A DNA stretch of 64,000 nt from Carcharhinus amblyrhynchos (Eukaryota): NCBI GenBank assembly GCA_965287045.1, contig OZ336885.1:59148001-59212000 (forward strand), read 5' to 3'. Below the pieces are notes generated by a model. That model worked only from the letters and a program-made list of their open reading frames with translations, was not told the origin of the DNA and made no database searches. Positions 50,590-63,399 of the stretch are shown piece after piece (positions within the stretch are counted from its first letter, which is position 1; each line of letters opens with the position of its first letter). The position numbers were made by a program, and so were the translations under genes.

Positions 50590-51250
50590 CAATGATTCCG
50601 ATAACGGAACTAAATGTAACATTGCTATGTTTGCTGACGGGACAAACCTTCATAACGAGAAAATTTGAATTAAGGGATATGGATGTTTAAATGTAAACTT
50701 GTATTGTGTTTGTGAGGCTACACATGAAGCACAATATGCAGTTTCGGTTTCTTTGTCTGAAGACGGATGCCTCTGCCATAGAGGGAGTGAAGCGAAGTTT
50801 TACGAGACTGATTCTTGGAATGGCAGGTCGGCCAGATGAGCAAAGGCTTAATCGACTGCGATTACACTGATTGGAGTTTAGAAGAGTAAAAGCGGATTTC
50901 AGAAAAACTTATAGAATTTTAACAGGATCAAACAGCGTAAATTCAAATAATGTCCCCGATTATGGAGGAGCCCAGAACTAGGGGTGATAATTTGAGGATA
51001 AGTGCTAAACCTTTTAGGACTTAGTTGATGAGAAACTATTTTATCCCGGAGTGGTACATCTGTAGATTTCACAGGGTCGGAAAGTAGCTGAGGTAAAAGC
51101 GCTGTATGATTTCGAGAAGTATTGAAATATAATTAAAGAGATTAAGGGATGTCGAGCAAAAGGTGAATCAGAGTACTGAATTTGATGATCTTTAATATTT
51201 GCAAGAGTGAAGCCTCAAAGGGCCGAGTGACCTACTCATGCTTCTATTGG
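50590..51250 (+). mobile_element. Decayed CR1 LINE 3' part
   Basis: tttgctgacgggacaaa (FADDTK), RTRG..L.I remnant and CR1 3' UTR. Confidence 0.85.
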
Positions 51251-52734
51251 ATAAACTAAAGCCTGGTGCATTGCCTTCATCCACATAAGTTGTCGATTTA
51301 TTACCTTGGTTGAGGTTTGGTTTCAATATGCATTCCTCTGATAAATAATTGAGATCATGGGGGCGCTGGAGTCTTAAAGCGGGAAGTTAAAATAATCTGG
51401 CCTTGCAATTAATCAAGAAGTTCATTGAGCCTCGTATATCACACTTTTCTCGCATTCTTTCGATATTTGTTTATCTCTCTCCAGCACTTCCCTTTTTCTC
51501 TCCAGTTCTTTCTGACGTACGTAGAGGAAATGGGTGAGGGAGTAGAGATGTGAATGAGGCAGGAATAGAGACAGACATAGAGAGAGACAGGGGAGGGAGC
51601 TCCCTTTCTAACTTAATTCATCTCTGGTTAACATCTATGATTTTTTTAGTTGTGCATTTCCAAGAAACTGTCTAACTGAGAATGGGGGAACCTGGGTTTA
51701 TGTGTTTAAGTATTTTATTGAGTTTTGGCCAATAATTGCCCCTCTTTAGCCATAAATTTTATTTGGATATTTCTGAAAGTTTGCCTAACTGAGGGGGCGC
51801 CTGGGCTTTTGCTGTGCCGTTTTGTTGAGCTGTTTCCCTGGATTTTACTCAAATATTTTCACTCCCCCTTCTCTCCAGGAACTTGAATTTTAAAGACTGC
51901 AATGTGATGCAGAATTCTTGGACATGTGTTTTTCTCTAGAGAAGAAAGGATGAGGCCTGCTGTGTAGTCTTCACTTACGTCAGTTGTCTTCTGCTAATTC
52001 CTCCGTTTGGGCTTTTGTTTCAACCTCTGTTACAATTAGATTCTGGGGTTTCTACAGCTTAAAACCCTGGGGTTAAAATAGTTAGGTCTTGTTATTAGCC
52101 AAAACTTGTGAACCCTTCTCTCTCTCTCATTGTTACCATATCTGTCTATCTCTCTCCAGATTTTTTCTTGCTCTCCAGCTTTTCCTGATGGACAGAGAAG
52201 AAAAAGGGGACAGAAATGTGGATGAGTATGAATGGAGAGACAGACAGAAGCACAGGGGAAAAGGGCTGTTTCTCTTTTTTATATAATCTGTGGTATTTCT
52301 TGTACTTTGGTTGTTTCTGAGTTATTGCTTAATGAGAATGTGGGAACCTGGGCTCTTGATGTGCTATTTATTTTGAACAGTTCCTTCCAATTGGCCAATT
52401 ATTACAACTCAGTTTGTAAAGGGCAAATACAACATTTATTTTCATCTACCCATGTTTATTTCCCATTCTGTCTCTCAGCCAGCTTTTCTGTTGCTTTTCT
52501 CAAAATTCTTTCCTCTGTTTATCATTCCATTCCGTCACTTCCTCTATGTTCCTCCCGCTTTTCTTCCCTTCTCTATTGCTCAACAGCCTTGTCCTCTATC
52601 TTTCTCGCTTTCTCCCCCATCTCCATATTTCTCTTCTTATTCTCACTCTCTCTCACTTTTTCCTCCTATCTGTCTATTCCCTGTCAGCATTTCTCGTTTA
52701 CTCTCTCTCTCTCTCTGCTGCGCTCCCTCACCCT

Positions 52735-53835
52735 ATCCTCATAAAGCCACCCAATCTGGGCAACATCCTTGTAAATCTCCTCTGCACCCTTTCAATAGCT
52801 TCGTCATCTTTCTTGTAATGAGGCGACCAGAACTGTGCACAGTACTCCAAGTGGGGTCTGACAAGGGTCTTATAAAGCTGCAGCATTATCTCCTGACTCC
52901 TAAACTCAATCCCTCGATTGATGAAGGCTAGTATACCATACGCCTTCTTGACCACATCCTCCACCTGTGAGGCCGATTTAAGAATCCTATGGACCTCGAC
53001 CCCAAGGTCCTTCTGATCCTCTATACTTCCAAGAGTCTTACCCTTGGTATTATACTCCTTCATCCCATTGGACATGCCAAAATGGACCACTGCACATTTA
53101 TCCAGGTTTAAGTCCATTTGTCACTTCTCTGCCCAGTCTTGCATCCTATCTATGCCTCGCTGCAACCTCTGACATCCCTCCAGACTATCCACAACACCAC
53201 CAACCTTCGTGTCGTCGGCAAACTTACCAACCCATCCCTCCACTTCCTCATCCAGGTCATTTATGAAAATTACAAACAGCAAGGGTCCCAGAACAGATGC
53301 CTGGGGCACTCCACTGGTGACCAACCTCCATGCAGAAAAAGACCCATCCACAACCACTCTCTGCCTTCTACAGGCAAGTCAGTTCTGGATCCACAAGGCA
53401 ACAGCCCCTTGGATCCCATGCCCTCTCACTTTCTCAAGAAACCTTGCATGGGGGGCCTTATCAAACGCCTTGCTGAAGTCCATATAAACCACATCCACCG
53501 CTCGTCCTTTGTCAATGTGTTTAGTCACATTTTCAAAGGACTCAACCAGGCTTGTTAAGGCACGACCTGCACTTGACAAAGCTGTTCTGACTACATTTAA
53601 TCATACTAAACTTCTCTAAACGTTCATAAATCCTGTCGCTCAGGATCCTCTCCATCAACTTACCAATCACTGAGGTTAGACTCACTGGTCGGTAATTTCT
53701 TGGGCTACCCCTGTTCCCTTTCTTGAATGTAGGAAACACATCCGCAATCCTCCAATCCTCCGGTACCTCTCCCGTCTCCATCGACGACGCAAAGATCATT
53801 GCTAGAGGCTCTGCAATCTCTTTCCTCCCCTCTAC
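52735..53835 (-). mobile_element. Relatively young CR1 ORF2 RT segment
   Basis: EVPEDWRIADV..KKGNR..NYRPVSLTSVIGK; VYMDFSKAFDK; SGVPQASVLGPLLFVIFINDL..KFADDTK; LYKTLVRPHLEYCAQFWSP. Confidence 0.97.
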
Positions 53836-54939
53836 AGTAGCTGCCTTCTTGAGCTGCAGCAGTCCATGTAGTATAGGTAAACCCACAGTGCTGTTAGGGA
53901 GAATGTCAGCGTTTTGTCCCAATGACAGTGAAGGTTCAGTGACATATTTCGAAGCCAGAAAGCTTGTGACTTGGGATCTTCACATGGAAGTTGCTGAAAT
54001 GGTGTTGATAGTCAGGGAGCCCGCACTGGCATCAACCTGCACAGTCCAACTCAGCATCATTATGCCAGCTGCTCCCCAGCCGCCATCTACCTACTGCCGT
54101 GTCCCTATCCAAGTTTTGCATTCTCAACAAATATACCACTTCCGAGAAGGCACGACCCTCTAGTAGGATGGTCGTTCGAGCTGTGGTTTCCTATGGACAC
54201 ACTCAGCTGTTCAGAATCCTACTAACTACTGCCAGTTTTCTGCACACATCCTGAAATTCCCTGTGGGGCACAAAGATCCAATGCTTCCTCGTCATTCTTC
54301 GATGGCACCAAATATCTAGTGATCATTGATGCGGAGTGAACAGAGAACAACTAGTGCCACCCAGTGGTGACAGTAGACCACTGTTCCAGTGCAGTACAAA
54401 GTGTGTGCTGCACTGCTGGTGACACTGTCCTTCATACTGAACTCACCCTGCCTGACCCTTCAATGTGGAACTTTGTTAAATTGTGACATCATTTCAAGAT
54501 GGGATGTGCACCCAAACCCAGCTCCATCGCCACCATTTCTCCTTCCAGCATCTGGACCATCATAGAATTAAGAGACTATTTATCACACTAATATTCGAAT
54601 GGAGCCTGCAGTCAAAAAACAAGGGCACACTTTGAGGGAATTAATTCATGACCTCTATGAGGGAATCGTCAAATTTACATTTTCTTCCTGTATCACATGG
54701 CCTCACTTCCACAGTGAAGTTTCAGCTGACTTTTTTTTGAAATGAGCAAAATATTATGGGCCCGATATTGTCTTTGTTGTCAAATGACGATATGTTGTGG
54801 GCTAATTTAGACATTGAAGCAGACATGTCCTTTTTTTTATAGAAAAAATATGTGGCGCAGTGAAGGTCAAACCTGAGTTTCTAATGCAGCCAGACAGATA
54901 GATGATCAAGCTGCAATTCCTTCCTTCACAATGTTTTAA

Positions 54940-55195
54940 ACTTTATTTATTAGTGTCACAAGTAACAGTGCAATTAAGTTCCGATCAAAATCCCCTAATC
55001 GCCACGCTCCAATCAGGTGTTCTGAGGGAAAATTTAGCACACCAATGCACCAAGTCACTGGGAGGAAACCAGAGCACCTGGCAGAAACCAACGCAGACAC
55101 GGCAAGAGCGTGCACAGTCCATACACACTTCGGCCTGGAATTGACCCGGAACCCTGGCGCTGTAAGGCAGCAGTCCAAACAACTGTGCCACTGTG
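54940..55195 (-). mobile_element. tRNA-derived SINE (family of 29390-29690)
   Basis: tttattagtgtcacaagta tail; aatttagcacaccaatgcacc core; ccctggcgctgtaaggcagcag head. Confidence 0.88.
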
Positions 55196-55347
55196 TGCAG
55201 GAAAGAGGTAAGAACAGGAGAGATTTCTGGTTAGCTACACTGTCAAACAGGAGCTCGCGATATTCTCATCCGCCTTTCACTTCAGTCTGCTGCCCATACT
55301 TAGCAAAGTGACCCGGCCCCCGCCAGCCACCACTAGATGACACCAAG

Positions 55348-55972
55348 TAAGAACATAAGAACATAAGAAATAGGAGCAGGAGTAGGCCATCTGGCCCTTC
55401 GAGCCTGCCCCGCCATTCAATAAGATCATGGCTGATCTGTCGTGGCTCAGTTCCACTTTCCCGCCCTCTCCCCATAACCCTTAATCCCCTCTCTTATCAA
55501 AAACCCATCAACCCGCTTCTTAAAAATATTTAGCGAGGCAGCCTCCACCACTTCAACGGACAGAGAATTCCAGAGATTCACCACCCTTTGAGTGAAGAAG
55601 TTCCTCCTCAACTCCGTTCTAAACCGCCCCCCTTTTATCTTGAGGCTGTGCCCCCTAGTCCTACTGTCTTTTTTGAGCGGGAAGAGTCTCTCCACCTCTA
55701 TCCTATCCATCCCATTCATCATCTTATATGTCTCAATGAGATCTCCCCTCATTCTTCTAAACTCTAACGAGTACAAGCCTAGTTTATTCAGCCTCTCCTC
55801 ATAGCTCAACCCCCTCAACTCCGGTATCAGCCTAATAAACCTCCTCTGCACTCCCTCCAAGGCCAAAATATCCTTGCGTAAGTGCGGCACCCAAAACTGC
55901 ACACAGTACTCCAGCTGCGGCCTCACCAATGCCCTATACAGCTGCAGCAAGACCTCCCTACTTTTATACCCA
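55348..55972 (-). mobile_element. Young 5'-truncated CR1 with an uninterrupted ORF2 C-terminus
   Basis: GYKSREVLLQLYRALVRPQLEYC...GIKGYGERAGKWN-stop with no lesions; (ttcttatg)n tail. Confidence 0.97.
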
Positions 55973-56164
55973 GTATTGGCAAGCATTCGGGGGTGTGAAT
56001 GGAGAACAGGCTGAACTGAGTAATTGCTCCAGTGAACAAACAGCTGGGTATAAAGTGTGCATGCCTGGAAAGCTTGTGGAGCAACATCAGCTCGGGGAAA
56101 GGTAAGATCCATAGCTTTACCGCACACGGAAGTATCCATCTTGAAATTGGAGAACAAGCACTTA

Positions 56165-56345
56165 TAAAGAACAAAGAACAAAATCAGCCTGGGAAACAGG
56201 CCCTTCGGCACAACGAGCCCACGCCGCCATCTCAACACCACCAGTCCACTTCTCTACCCATGACCCCTATCTAATGTTTTATGGCCATCCAGATTGAGGG
56301 AAACTGATTTAGGGACAATTTATTCCTGCCAATCAGCCTAGCGTG
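56165..56345 (-). mobile_element. V-SINE-type 3' fragment (same family as 16940-17290, 49790-49875 and 57783-57850)
   Basis: aaagaacaaagaac..gggaaacaggcccttcggc..aacgagccc.cgccgcca. Confidence 0.85.
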
Positions 56346-56349
56346 AAAG

Positions 56350-56645
56350 GACCTGTGTTCTGCGATCATCCCACAACACCAACCCCTGCTGATTTTCGCC
56401 CACTGCAAAAACTTCTGGAACGTCACACGCTGACACTGCGCAAACTCAGTACACACTCTGCTTTTTTGAATGCGCATGCTCTATTTCATTTTCATGCGAC
56501 GCCTACGCACGCGATTTAGGTAGTGAGACAGGAATCTCACTGCTCCCTACCCATTGACAGCCTTTCTGCGCGCATGCTCTTGGCCAGGTCCTCGCTGCAG
56601 GAACGCAATAATGAAAGATTTCCATCGACATTACGAAAAGGTCTC
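56350..56645. promoter_or_regulatory. Candidate CpG-rich promoter / first-exon region
   Basis: Locally high CpG; NRF1-like TGCGCATGCT (56471) and GCGCGCATGCT (56568); immediately followed by a G-rich tract. Confidence 0.45.
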
Positions 56646-56647
56646 AT

Positions 56648-57400
56648 TGGAGGGGGGAGCGATTGGAGGGGGGAGTGATTCGAGGGGAGAGCGATTCGAG
56701 AGGGAGCGGAAAGGGGGCCGGTGCGGGACGGAGGGCCGGGGTGGGGGCGAGGAAGGAGAGGAGGTAAGGAGGCGAAGGGGGCGGGGAACTGTAGGGGGTC
56801 GATTAGAGGGCGGAAAAGGAGGCGACTGGAGGGTGACGGGGGGGGGCGATTGGAGCGGAGGCTGAACGAGGGAGGGCGGTTCGTGGGGGGACGGGAGGGC
56901 GATGACAGGAGAAGGGGAATGGGGGGCGATTGGAGTGGGAGGGGGATGGGAGGGCAGGCGGAGGGGGGAGGAGCGATGAAAGGGGGCGGGGGTTTAGTGG
57001 AAGGGATGATTAGAGCGGCAGTGGGAGGGGGAGATGGCGGGGGGAGGGGTGGGATGAGACCGGTCTGCAAGGTCCGGGGATAGAAGGGGGACGGGGTGAT
57101 TAGATGGGGACTGGGAGGGTGGGGCATTGGGTGGGGGTGGTTAAAGTGAGGACGGGGGGAGATTAGAGGAGGGACCTGGGGATTAGAGGGGGACCGAATC
57201 CGAGGAGTTGGGGGAGGAGGCGGTTGGTGTGCAAGGCCGGGGTGGGGGAATTATGGGTGGTGATTCACAGTGGATACAGTGAATGGACTTTTAGGAGGGA
57301 CGGGGCAGTTTACATGAGGGGCGCTGAAGAGATGATTGACAGGAGGGATGGGTGGCGTTTATTGGAGGGACAGAGGGTGTGGAGAGAGAGTGTATATATA
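56648..57400 (+). repeat. G-rich tract with many GGG runs and a repeated (G)CGATT(G/A)GAG motif
   Basis: Directly visible. Confidence 0.9.
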
Positions 57401-57680
57401 AGAGTGGGTGCTTGTTTGTGTGTGTTTGGGTTTTTGTTTGTGCATGAGCAAGTGCTTATTTGTGCGTGAGAGCTTGGGTGCGCGTGTGCCTGAGAGGGTG
57501 TGTACGCGCGCATTGGGGAGGGAGTGTGTGCGCGCGTGAGAGAGGAAGCATGCGCGTGAAAGATTGCCTGTGAGAGGGTGCTTGTGTGTGCGTGGAAGTG
57601 TAAGATGGAGCATATGTGCATGAGCGTGGGAGAGGGAGCGCGTGCGTGCGCGTGAGAGAGGGAGCGCACGTGTGAAAGTG
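57400..57680. repeat. TG/CG-rich degenerate simple repeat
   Basis: Directly visible. Confidence 0.85.
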
Positions 57681-58089
57681 GGAGCTGAATATTATGCTGT
57701 GCCTATTTGCCTCCTAGACCAAATGGATGTCATTGACAAGTCCAGTATTTATTCTTCGTCCCTATCCGCTTTGAACTGAGGGCAAAGAACAACACAGCAC
57801 AGGAAACAGGCCCTTCGGCCCGTCGAGCCTGCGCCGTCCATTCTAATACTCGGTGAGTGCCTCATTCCAATCTTTCTCCTACCTGTGACTTTTGTCTACA
57901 TCTCAGGGATTCCACAATAAAGAGGCACAAATTTAGATAATTATATGCGCGCCAGATTGAGGAAGATCCAACTTAGGAACAATTTATTAACACTGGGTTA
58001 TTAAGAGTCAACCTCATTGCTGTCAGTCTGAAGCCATATGTATGCCAGACCAAATGAGGAAGATGGACTATTTTCCCTAAAGGACATTT

Positions 58090-58348
58090 ATAAGAACATA
58101 AGAAATAGGAGCAGGAGTAGGCCATCTAGCCCTTTGAGCCTGCCCCGCCATTCAATAAGATCATGGCTGATCTGTCATGGCTCAGTTCCACATTCCCGCC
58201 CTCTCCCCACAACCCTTAATCCCCTCTCTTATCAAAAACCCATCAACCCGCGTCTTAAAAATATTTAGCGAGGTAGCCTCCACCACTTCAACGGGCAGAG
58301 AATTCCAGAGATTCACCACCCTTTGAGTGAAGAAGTTCCTCCTCAACT
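58090..58348 (-). mobile_element. Young CR1 3' end, near-identical to 55358-55613, nested in an older SINE (~57990-58440)
   Basis: Only a few mismatches by eye over ~255 bp. Confidence 0.95.
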
Positions 58349-58644
58349 TGGGTTCCTACAATATTGAACAGTGGTCAGTTGCCATGGTGGAATTTGAATC
58401 CATGGCATCAGGCTCTTGGTCTCTGTATTACTAATCCAAAACATGCCTATATTTGTGTGTGTGTGAGTGTGTGTGTGTGTGTATGTGTCAGTGGTTTCAT
58501 GCGTGTGCATCTGTTAATGTTTTTCTTCTGCGAATGCCTATCAGTGGTTTTATGTGGGCGCATCTGACATTAGTTTAATCTTCATACCTCTGTCATTGGT
58601 TTTGTGTGGGCACACCTGTCGATGGCTTTGTGGGTGCATCAATG

Positions 58645-59215
58645 AAGAACAATATAGCACAGGAACAGGTCACTCGGCCCACCAAGCTTGCGCCAACACA
58701 TGATGCCTTTCTCAATTAGAAAGTCCTTTTACCTCCATGTGGTCCATATCCCTCTATTCTCTTCCTATTCCTATATCTGTCAATATGTCTCTTCAATGTT
58801 GCTAATGTTGAATCCTGTGGCAGCACATTTCAGTTACTTAGCACCCACTGTGTAAAAAGAAAAACTTGCATTTTGCATCAACTTCCAACGTTCCCCTTTT
58901 TTGTAATGTTAAACCTATGTCCCCTAGTATTTGACATTTCTACCATAAGAAAAAAGACTCAGCAGCAATCTATTCCATCTATGCCTCTCATAATTTTGTA
59001 AACACCTGCCAGTCGCCGCTCAGACTCTGACGTTCAAGTATTAACAAACCATGTTTGTCCAATCTCTCCTCATTGTTATTACCCTCCAATTCAGGCAACC
59101 TCCTGCTCAACCTTTTCTGTATCCTCTCCAAGCCTCCGTATCCTTCTGGTATTGTGGCGATCAAAACTCAACATGATATTCCAAATATTGCCTAACTAAA
59201 GTTTTACCAAATGCC
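58645..59215 (-). mobile_element. Decayed CR1-type LINE 3' part
   Basis: agcacaggaacaggtcactcggccc tail; tcaggcaaccTcctgctcaaccttttctgtatcctctcc is the antisense of ERVQKRF.RMLP. Confidence 0.85.
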
Positions 59216-60219
59216 AAGTTGCGATCAAGTCATTACAGCTGAAAAGAATAAAAAGAGAAAAATGAATGCATGGCATTTCGAGGACTGACTTCACCCAGCA
59301 CTGTAAAAAGACTTCCTTTATGTTGGACATTTTAAAATGAACATAGACTAATTCTGGGCTGAGCATAATCAACTGTGAACGACTTTAAAAGCTGCCTCAT
59401 GTCCACATTGAAATGTTTGTTTTATTGCTCTCAATCTTATTCAAAACAGTGTTATTCTCAAGTAAAATAACTCACTATTGGATAACAAATCTTGATATTT
59501 AATATTCCACGTCAAGCACGCAGCCTGAAGGTAAAGAGATTTCAAATTGAGCATTAGAAAAATCCAATAAATTTCAACTTCTCTCCATACAGAATGTTGC
59601 TCTGAGACTCCTTAATGCAATTGTGTTGCGTTTAATATTTACAAAGTTCATTTTCTGTGAGGCATCAATCCTAATGCTGAAACATTTCACACTGAAAAAT
59701 ACAGAATGTCAAACCAAATTCAACGGAGGCATGTCTGGATTTTAGACCCTCAGAGCACTCCATTCTGCCATTGTAGAAGCTGTTGACTAGCTTTGTGATT
59801 CCAGCACACACTACACAATTCTGTACAACTTACAGAACCACTTTCACGTTATTTTTATTTTTCGTGGGATGTGGCAATGCCAACACTTGCTGTCCCTCCC
59901 AAATTTGCTTTCAACCGAATGGTTCATTCTGCCATTTCAGAGGGCAGTTAAGAGTCAGCCATATTGCTATGGATCTGGACTCACATGTAGGCCAGAGTAG
60001 GTCAGGGCGGCAGATTTCCTTCCTCAAAGGATCATTAGTCAAGCAAACTTTTTTTGACAATTAATGATTCATGGTCAACACCACTGAGACTATTTTTAAT
60101 CTGTCCAGTTTATTAATCTAATTTAATTAGCCAGCTGACATGGTATTATTTGAAGCCATGTCCCTAGAGAATTAACGTAGGTCTCTGGGTTGCTCGTCCA
60201 ATGATGATGGCACTTTGCC

Positions 60220-60764
60220 ATCACGCACTCATTCCAAATCAGGTTTTCCATTGCAGCTATATTTGTCCCATTGCCCTGTGTAATGCTGATCCTCAAAGAT
60301 CATCGTTTAGAAGCAAGGGATAGTCTAACCTGCCATAAGTATGATTGCTTTCATGTGAGTAAATAAAAAAAAGTTTCTGGATGGGATGGTTGATGGCATA
60401 ATTTGGTCAGCATTTCAAAATTAAATTATGCTTGTCCTTCACACACTACAGAATTCAAAAGTTCATCGAAGCTAGCAATGCAGCTGTGAGTCTAGTGTTA
60501 TATGTAGTGAGATACGATTATCACAGTTTTATAGGTTGCAGCTGCTTCTTAATGATTTAGACGGTTTAAAATCAATATGATTTCCTGTTTTTGACAGTGA
60601 GCGTAGGCGTTTATGTGATACCAATGAAAGCTTCCTGTCACTGACTCTTGAGTACTGCAGACTGTGTGATGTTTCCTGTTACTGACTATGAGTATTTCAG
60701 GCAGGGTAGTCATAACAAGAAATAAAAAAAAGGCTTTTGGATTCCCTTGTGGAAGTGGCAACAA
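60220..60764 (-). pseudogene. Candidate decayed CD2/SLAM-like receptor (signal, IgV, IgC2)
   Basis: KAFFLFLVMTTL (compare the signal FAFTIFMTTL in the 15009 copy); TVCSTQESVT, IILILNRLNH*EAAATYKTVI (V); QSYLWQ..SLRISITQGN / DKYSC / MENLIWN (C2). Confidence 0.42.
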
Positions 60765-61293
60765 TTAAACCAATGCTTTCCCTCTACATTATGTGGGAGA
60801 TGTGGAAAAATAAAATTGATGAAGGGTTTCTTGTAATCTATTTACTGCAGCAACACTATACAGAGGGGTGATGCAACAATGTGTCCCTTTCTTACAACCC
60901 AACTGTGGGAGACCAGATAATAAGCTAAACGAAACCTGACCCACCATCCAATAAGAATAGTGCCTACAGGAGACATTTCACTGCATTGAGCAATTGGCAA
61001 ACAACCTGATTTATTTTTTAAGTTTCTGATTTAGTTTTAAACAAAACGCCTTATTCCATTGGAGCACTGATTAATTTTGACTGTAACTCAGTCATAGTTG
61101 GTTCCATTTAATTTCTGAACAGTCTTGGTAATTTTTCCAGGATGCTTCATTTCCAAATAGTAGTTCAAGGAATCACAACTAAACATTGTAGTGTTTTTCA
61201 TTGCAAAGCATACATTACCAGCCCTGGAAATTGGTGAGTAAAACAAGATTAATGTAGAGCATAACTTCCAGACAGAGTAAGCACAAAGTTTAT

Positions 61294-62820
61294 TTATTGG
61301 TCATAAGTAGGTTTACATTCACACTGCAATGAAGTCACTAGAAAGAAACAAACAGAACAAATTCCAATGTCCACACTGTGCATCTCTTCCATGTAACTGC
61401 TTATTACTGTTTCCACTGTTAAACATAGGATTTTCATGTGAGAAAATGGCAGCACAATTTCAAACATCGTTTGATGCATAGGCTCAGATGACGTTTAAAG
61501 CTCAAAAAACATAAGAACCAGAAGCAGGAGTAGGCATTTCGACCCTTTGAGCCTGCTATATCATTCATTTTGATCATGGTGATCATCAAGTTCAATATCC
61601 TTATTCCTCATCAGACCACCCCTCCCCCATATACTTTGATATCTTTTGCCCTTAGAGCTATTTCTAATTTCTTTTTGAAATCAGACATTTTTACCTCAGT
61701 GACATTCTGTGGTCGTGAATTGCACACATTCACCACCCTCTGGGTGAAGAAATTTCTCCTCACTTTAGTTCTAAAAGATTTACCCCTTACTCTCAAACTA
61801 TGCCCCTCAGTTTTCGTCTCCCCTAGCATTGGAAACATTCTTTCTGAACCTAACCTGACTAACCCTGTTAGAATTTTATAAGTTTCTGTGAAATCCCCTC
61901 TCCCTCTTCGAAACTTCAGTAAATGTAATCCCAACTGACTTAGACTCTCCTCATATGACATACTTGCCATCCCAGAAATCAGCCTGGTAAACATTCACTG
62001 TACTCCCTCCATAGTAAGAACATCCTTCCTCAGATAAGGACAGCGAATCTGAAACACCAGGTGTGGCCTCACCAACGTCGTGTACATTTGCAGCAAAACA
62101 TCCCTATATTCAAATCCGCTTGCTATGATGGCCAACATGCCATTTGCCTTCTTTACTGCTTCCAATCATTACCTTGCAATTGCATCTTTGCCTATATATG
62201 CTGTTTGTGAACCCACCTCTCCACTCAACTGATGAAGGATCGGCACTCTGAAAACTGTGATTTCACATAAATCTGGTCAACCTCGATCTGGTATTGTGCG
62301 ACTTCTAACTGATCTATAATAACTCATTGTTAGTTCAACTCACTTGGGCTTATTGTCCTACAGCATTCCCCGTAAGCCTACAGTTATTTATATTTCCAAG
62401 GTCCATTCAAATGGTGTTGTCCAAAGTTCCCATATGTCTCACACTGTCCAGCAGCGCTTTTCAAATTTTGACTAATGTTTCTCCTCAGGTGGTCCATTTT
62501 TATTTGGTCAATCTGTTCAAATGATGTGTTTACTCAGCCTTTCCACAATGGAAAGAGATTTTTCTTCCTATCTGCATCGACATATCCTCCTAAAATGTTG
62601 AACGTTTCTGTCAAATATGTGACAAAGTGATTTTAAAACACTTGCTATTTCTAGGATCGAATGTAACCTGCCCTGTAAAGTGATCTCCTTTATCTGGGAC
62701 GTTTTTATATGAACATGGACTAACTCTGAGCTGAGGGTTGTCAACTGTGAACAACTCAGCAACTGTTTCGACACCACGTTGAACTGTTTGTTTCTTGTGG
62801 TGACTTTTATTTAAAACCAT
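61294..62820 (-). pseudogene. Candidate decayed Ig-receptor remnant: V at 62560-62820, C2 end and TM at 61294-61480, separated by LINE insertions
   Basis: DHFTGQVTFDPRNSKCFKITLSHI (V strands D-E); LCLTVETVISSY..IGICSVCFFLVTSL. Confidence 0.3.
61505..62165 (-). mobile_element. CR1 LINE 3' part
   Basis: FTRLISGMASMSYEE..FRTKVRRNFFTQRVVNV. Confidence 0.95.
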
Positions 62821-63399
62821 GTTTTACTGTTAAATTGCTCTGATTCTGTTATGCTAAGTTAAAATAACACTTCATGATGAATTTGAATAGTAAATTCTGA
62901 TATTTAGAATGTAGATTCCATGTCCGCACACAACCTGAGGGTGAAATCATTTCAAATTCAAAATATTCTAAAGTCCAATATAATGAAATTTCTCTCCTTA
63001 CATAATACGCAAGACCTCGATGCAATTGTAATACTTACAATTTATATTCCATTTCATGCAAAAATCTTTAGTGTAAGCATTTCAGAATGGAAAGTTCAAT
63101 ATGTTCAATAAAATTTAATTGAGATTTGTTTGAACTTCAGACCCACAGAATAAAACTATAATCTATTGAGCTAGTTAACTGTTAAAAACGTATATTATGG
63201 GAGGGTTAACACTCCATACCTTGATGTAGACACAAAAATCTCCTCTCATGACGAAATATTAATCACCTGAATTCTGCCGCTCCTCCCGTCACGGAATGTG
63301 AGTGGGCGAGGAGCGGAAAATGGAAATGTCCATTGACCTCGGAAGGGAATCTCCGGTCTCGATCGAGTGAGGCTGTAAAAATCCAACCCATTCACTTAG

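Noticed and set aside
52232-52931. Hydrophobic 159-170 aa ORFs as membrane proteins
   Set aside because: They derive from a CT-rich low-complexity tract and antisense CR1.
55447-56241. 264-aa minus-strand ORF as a gene
   Set aside because: It is a chimeric read-through of a SINE tail, unique DNA and the CR1 ORF2 C-terminus.
56537-57127. Pro-rich and Gly/Arg-rich ORFs
   Set aside because: These are by-products of the G-rich tract, which lacks stop codons.
60256-60354. Plus-strand exon resembling an RNF114/RNF138 zinc finger (YICPI)
   Set aside because: That frame contains a stop and no other RING-family exons were found; the minus strand fits a C2 domain.
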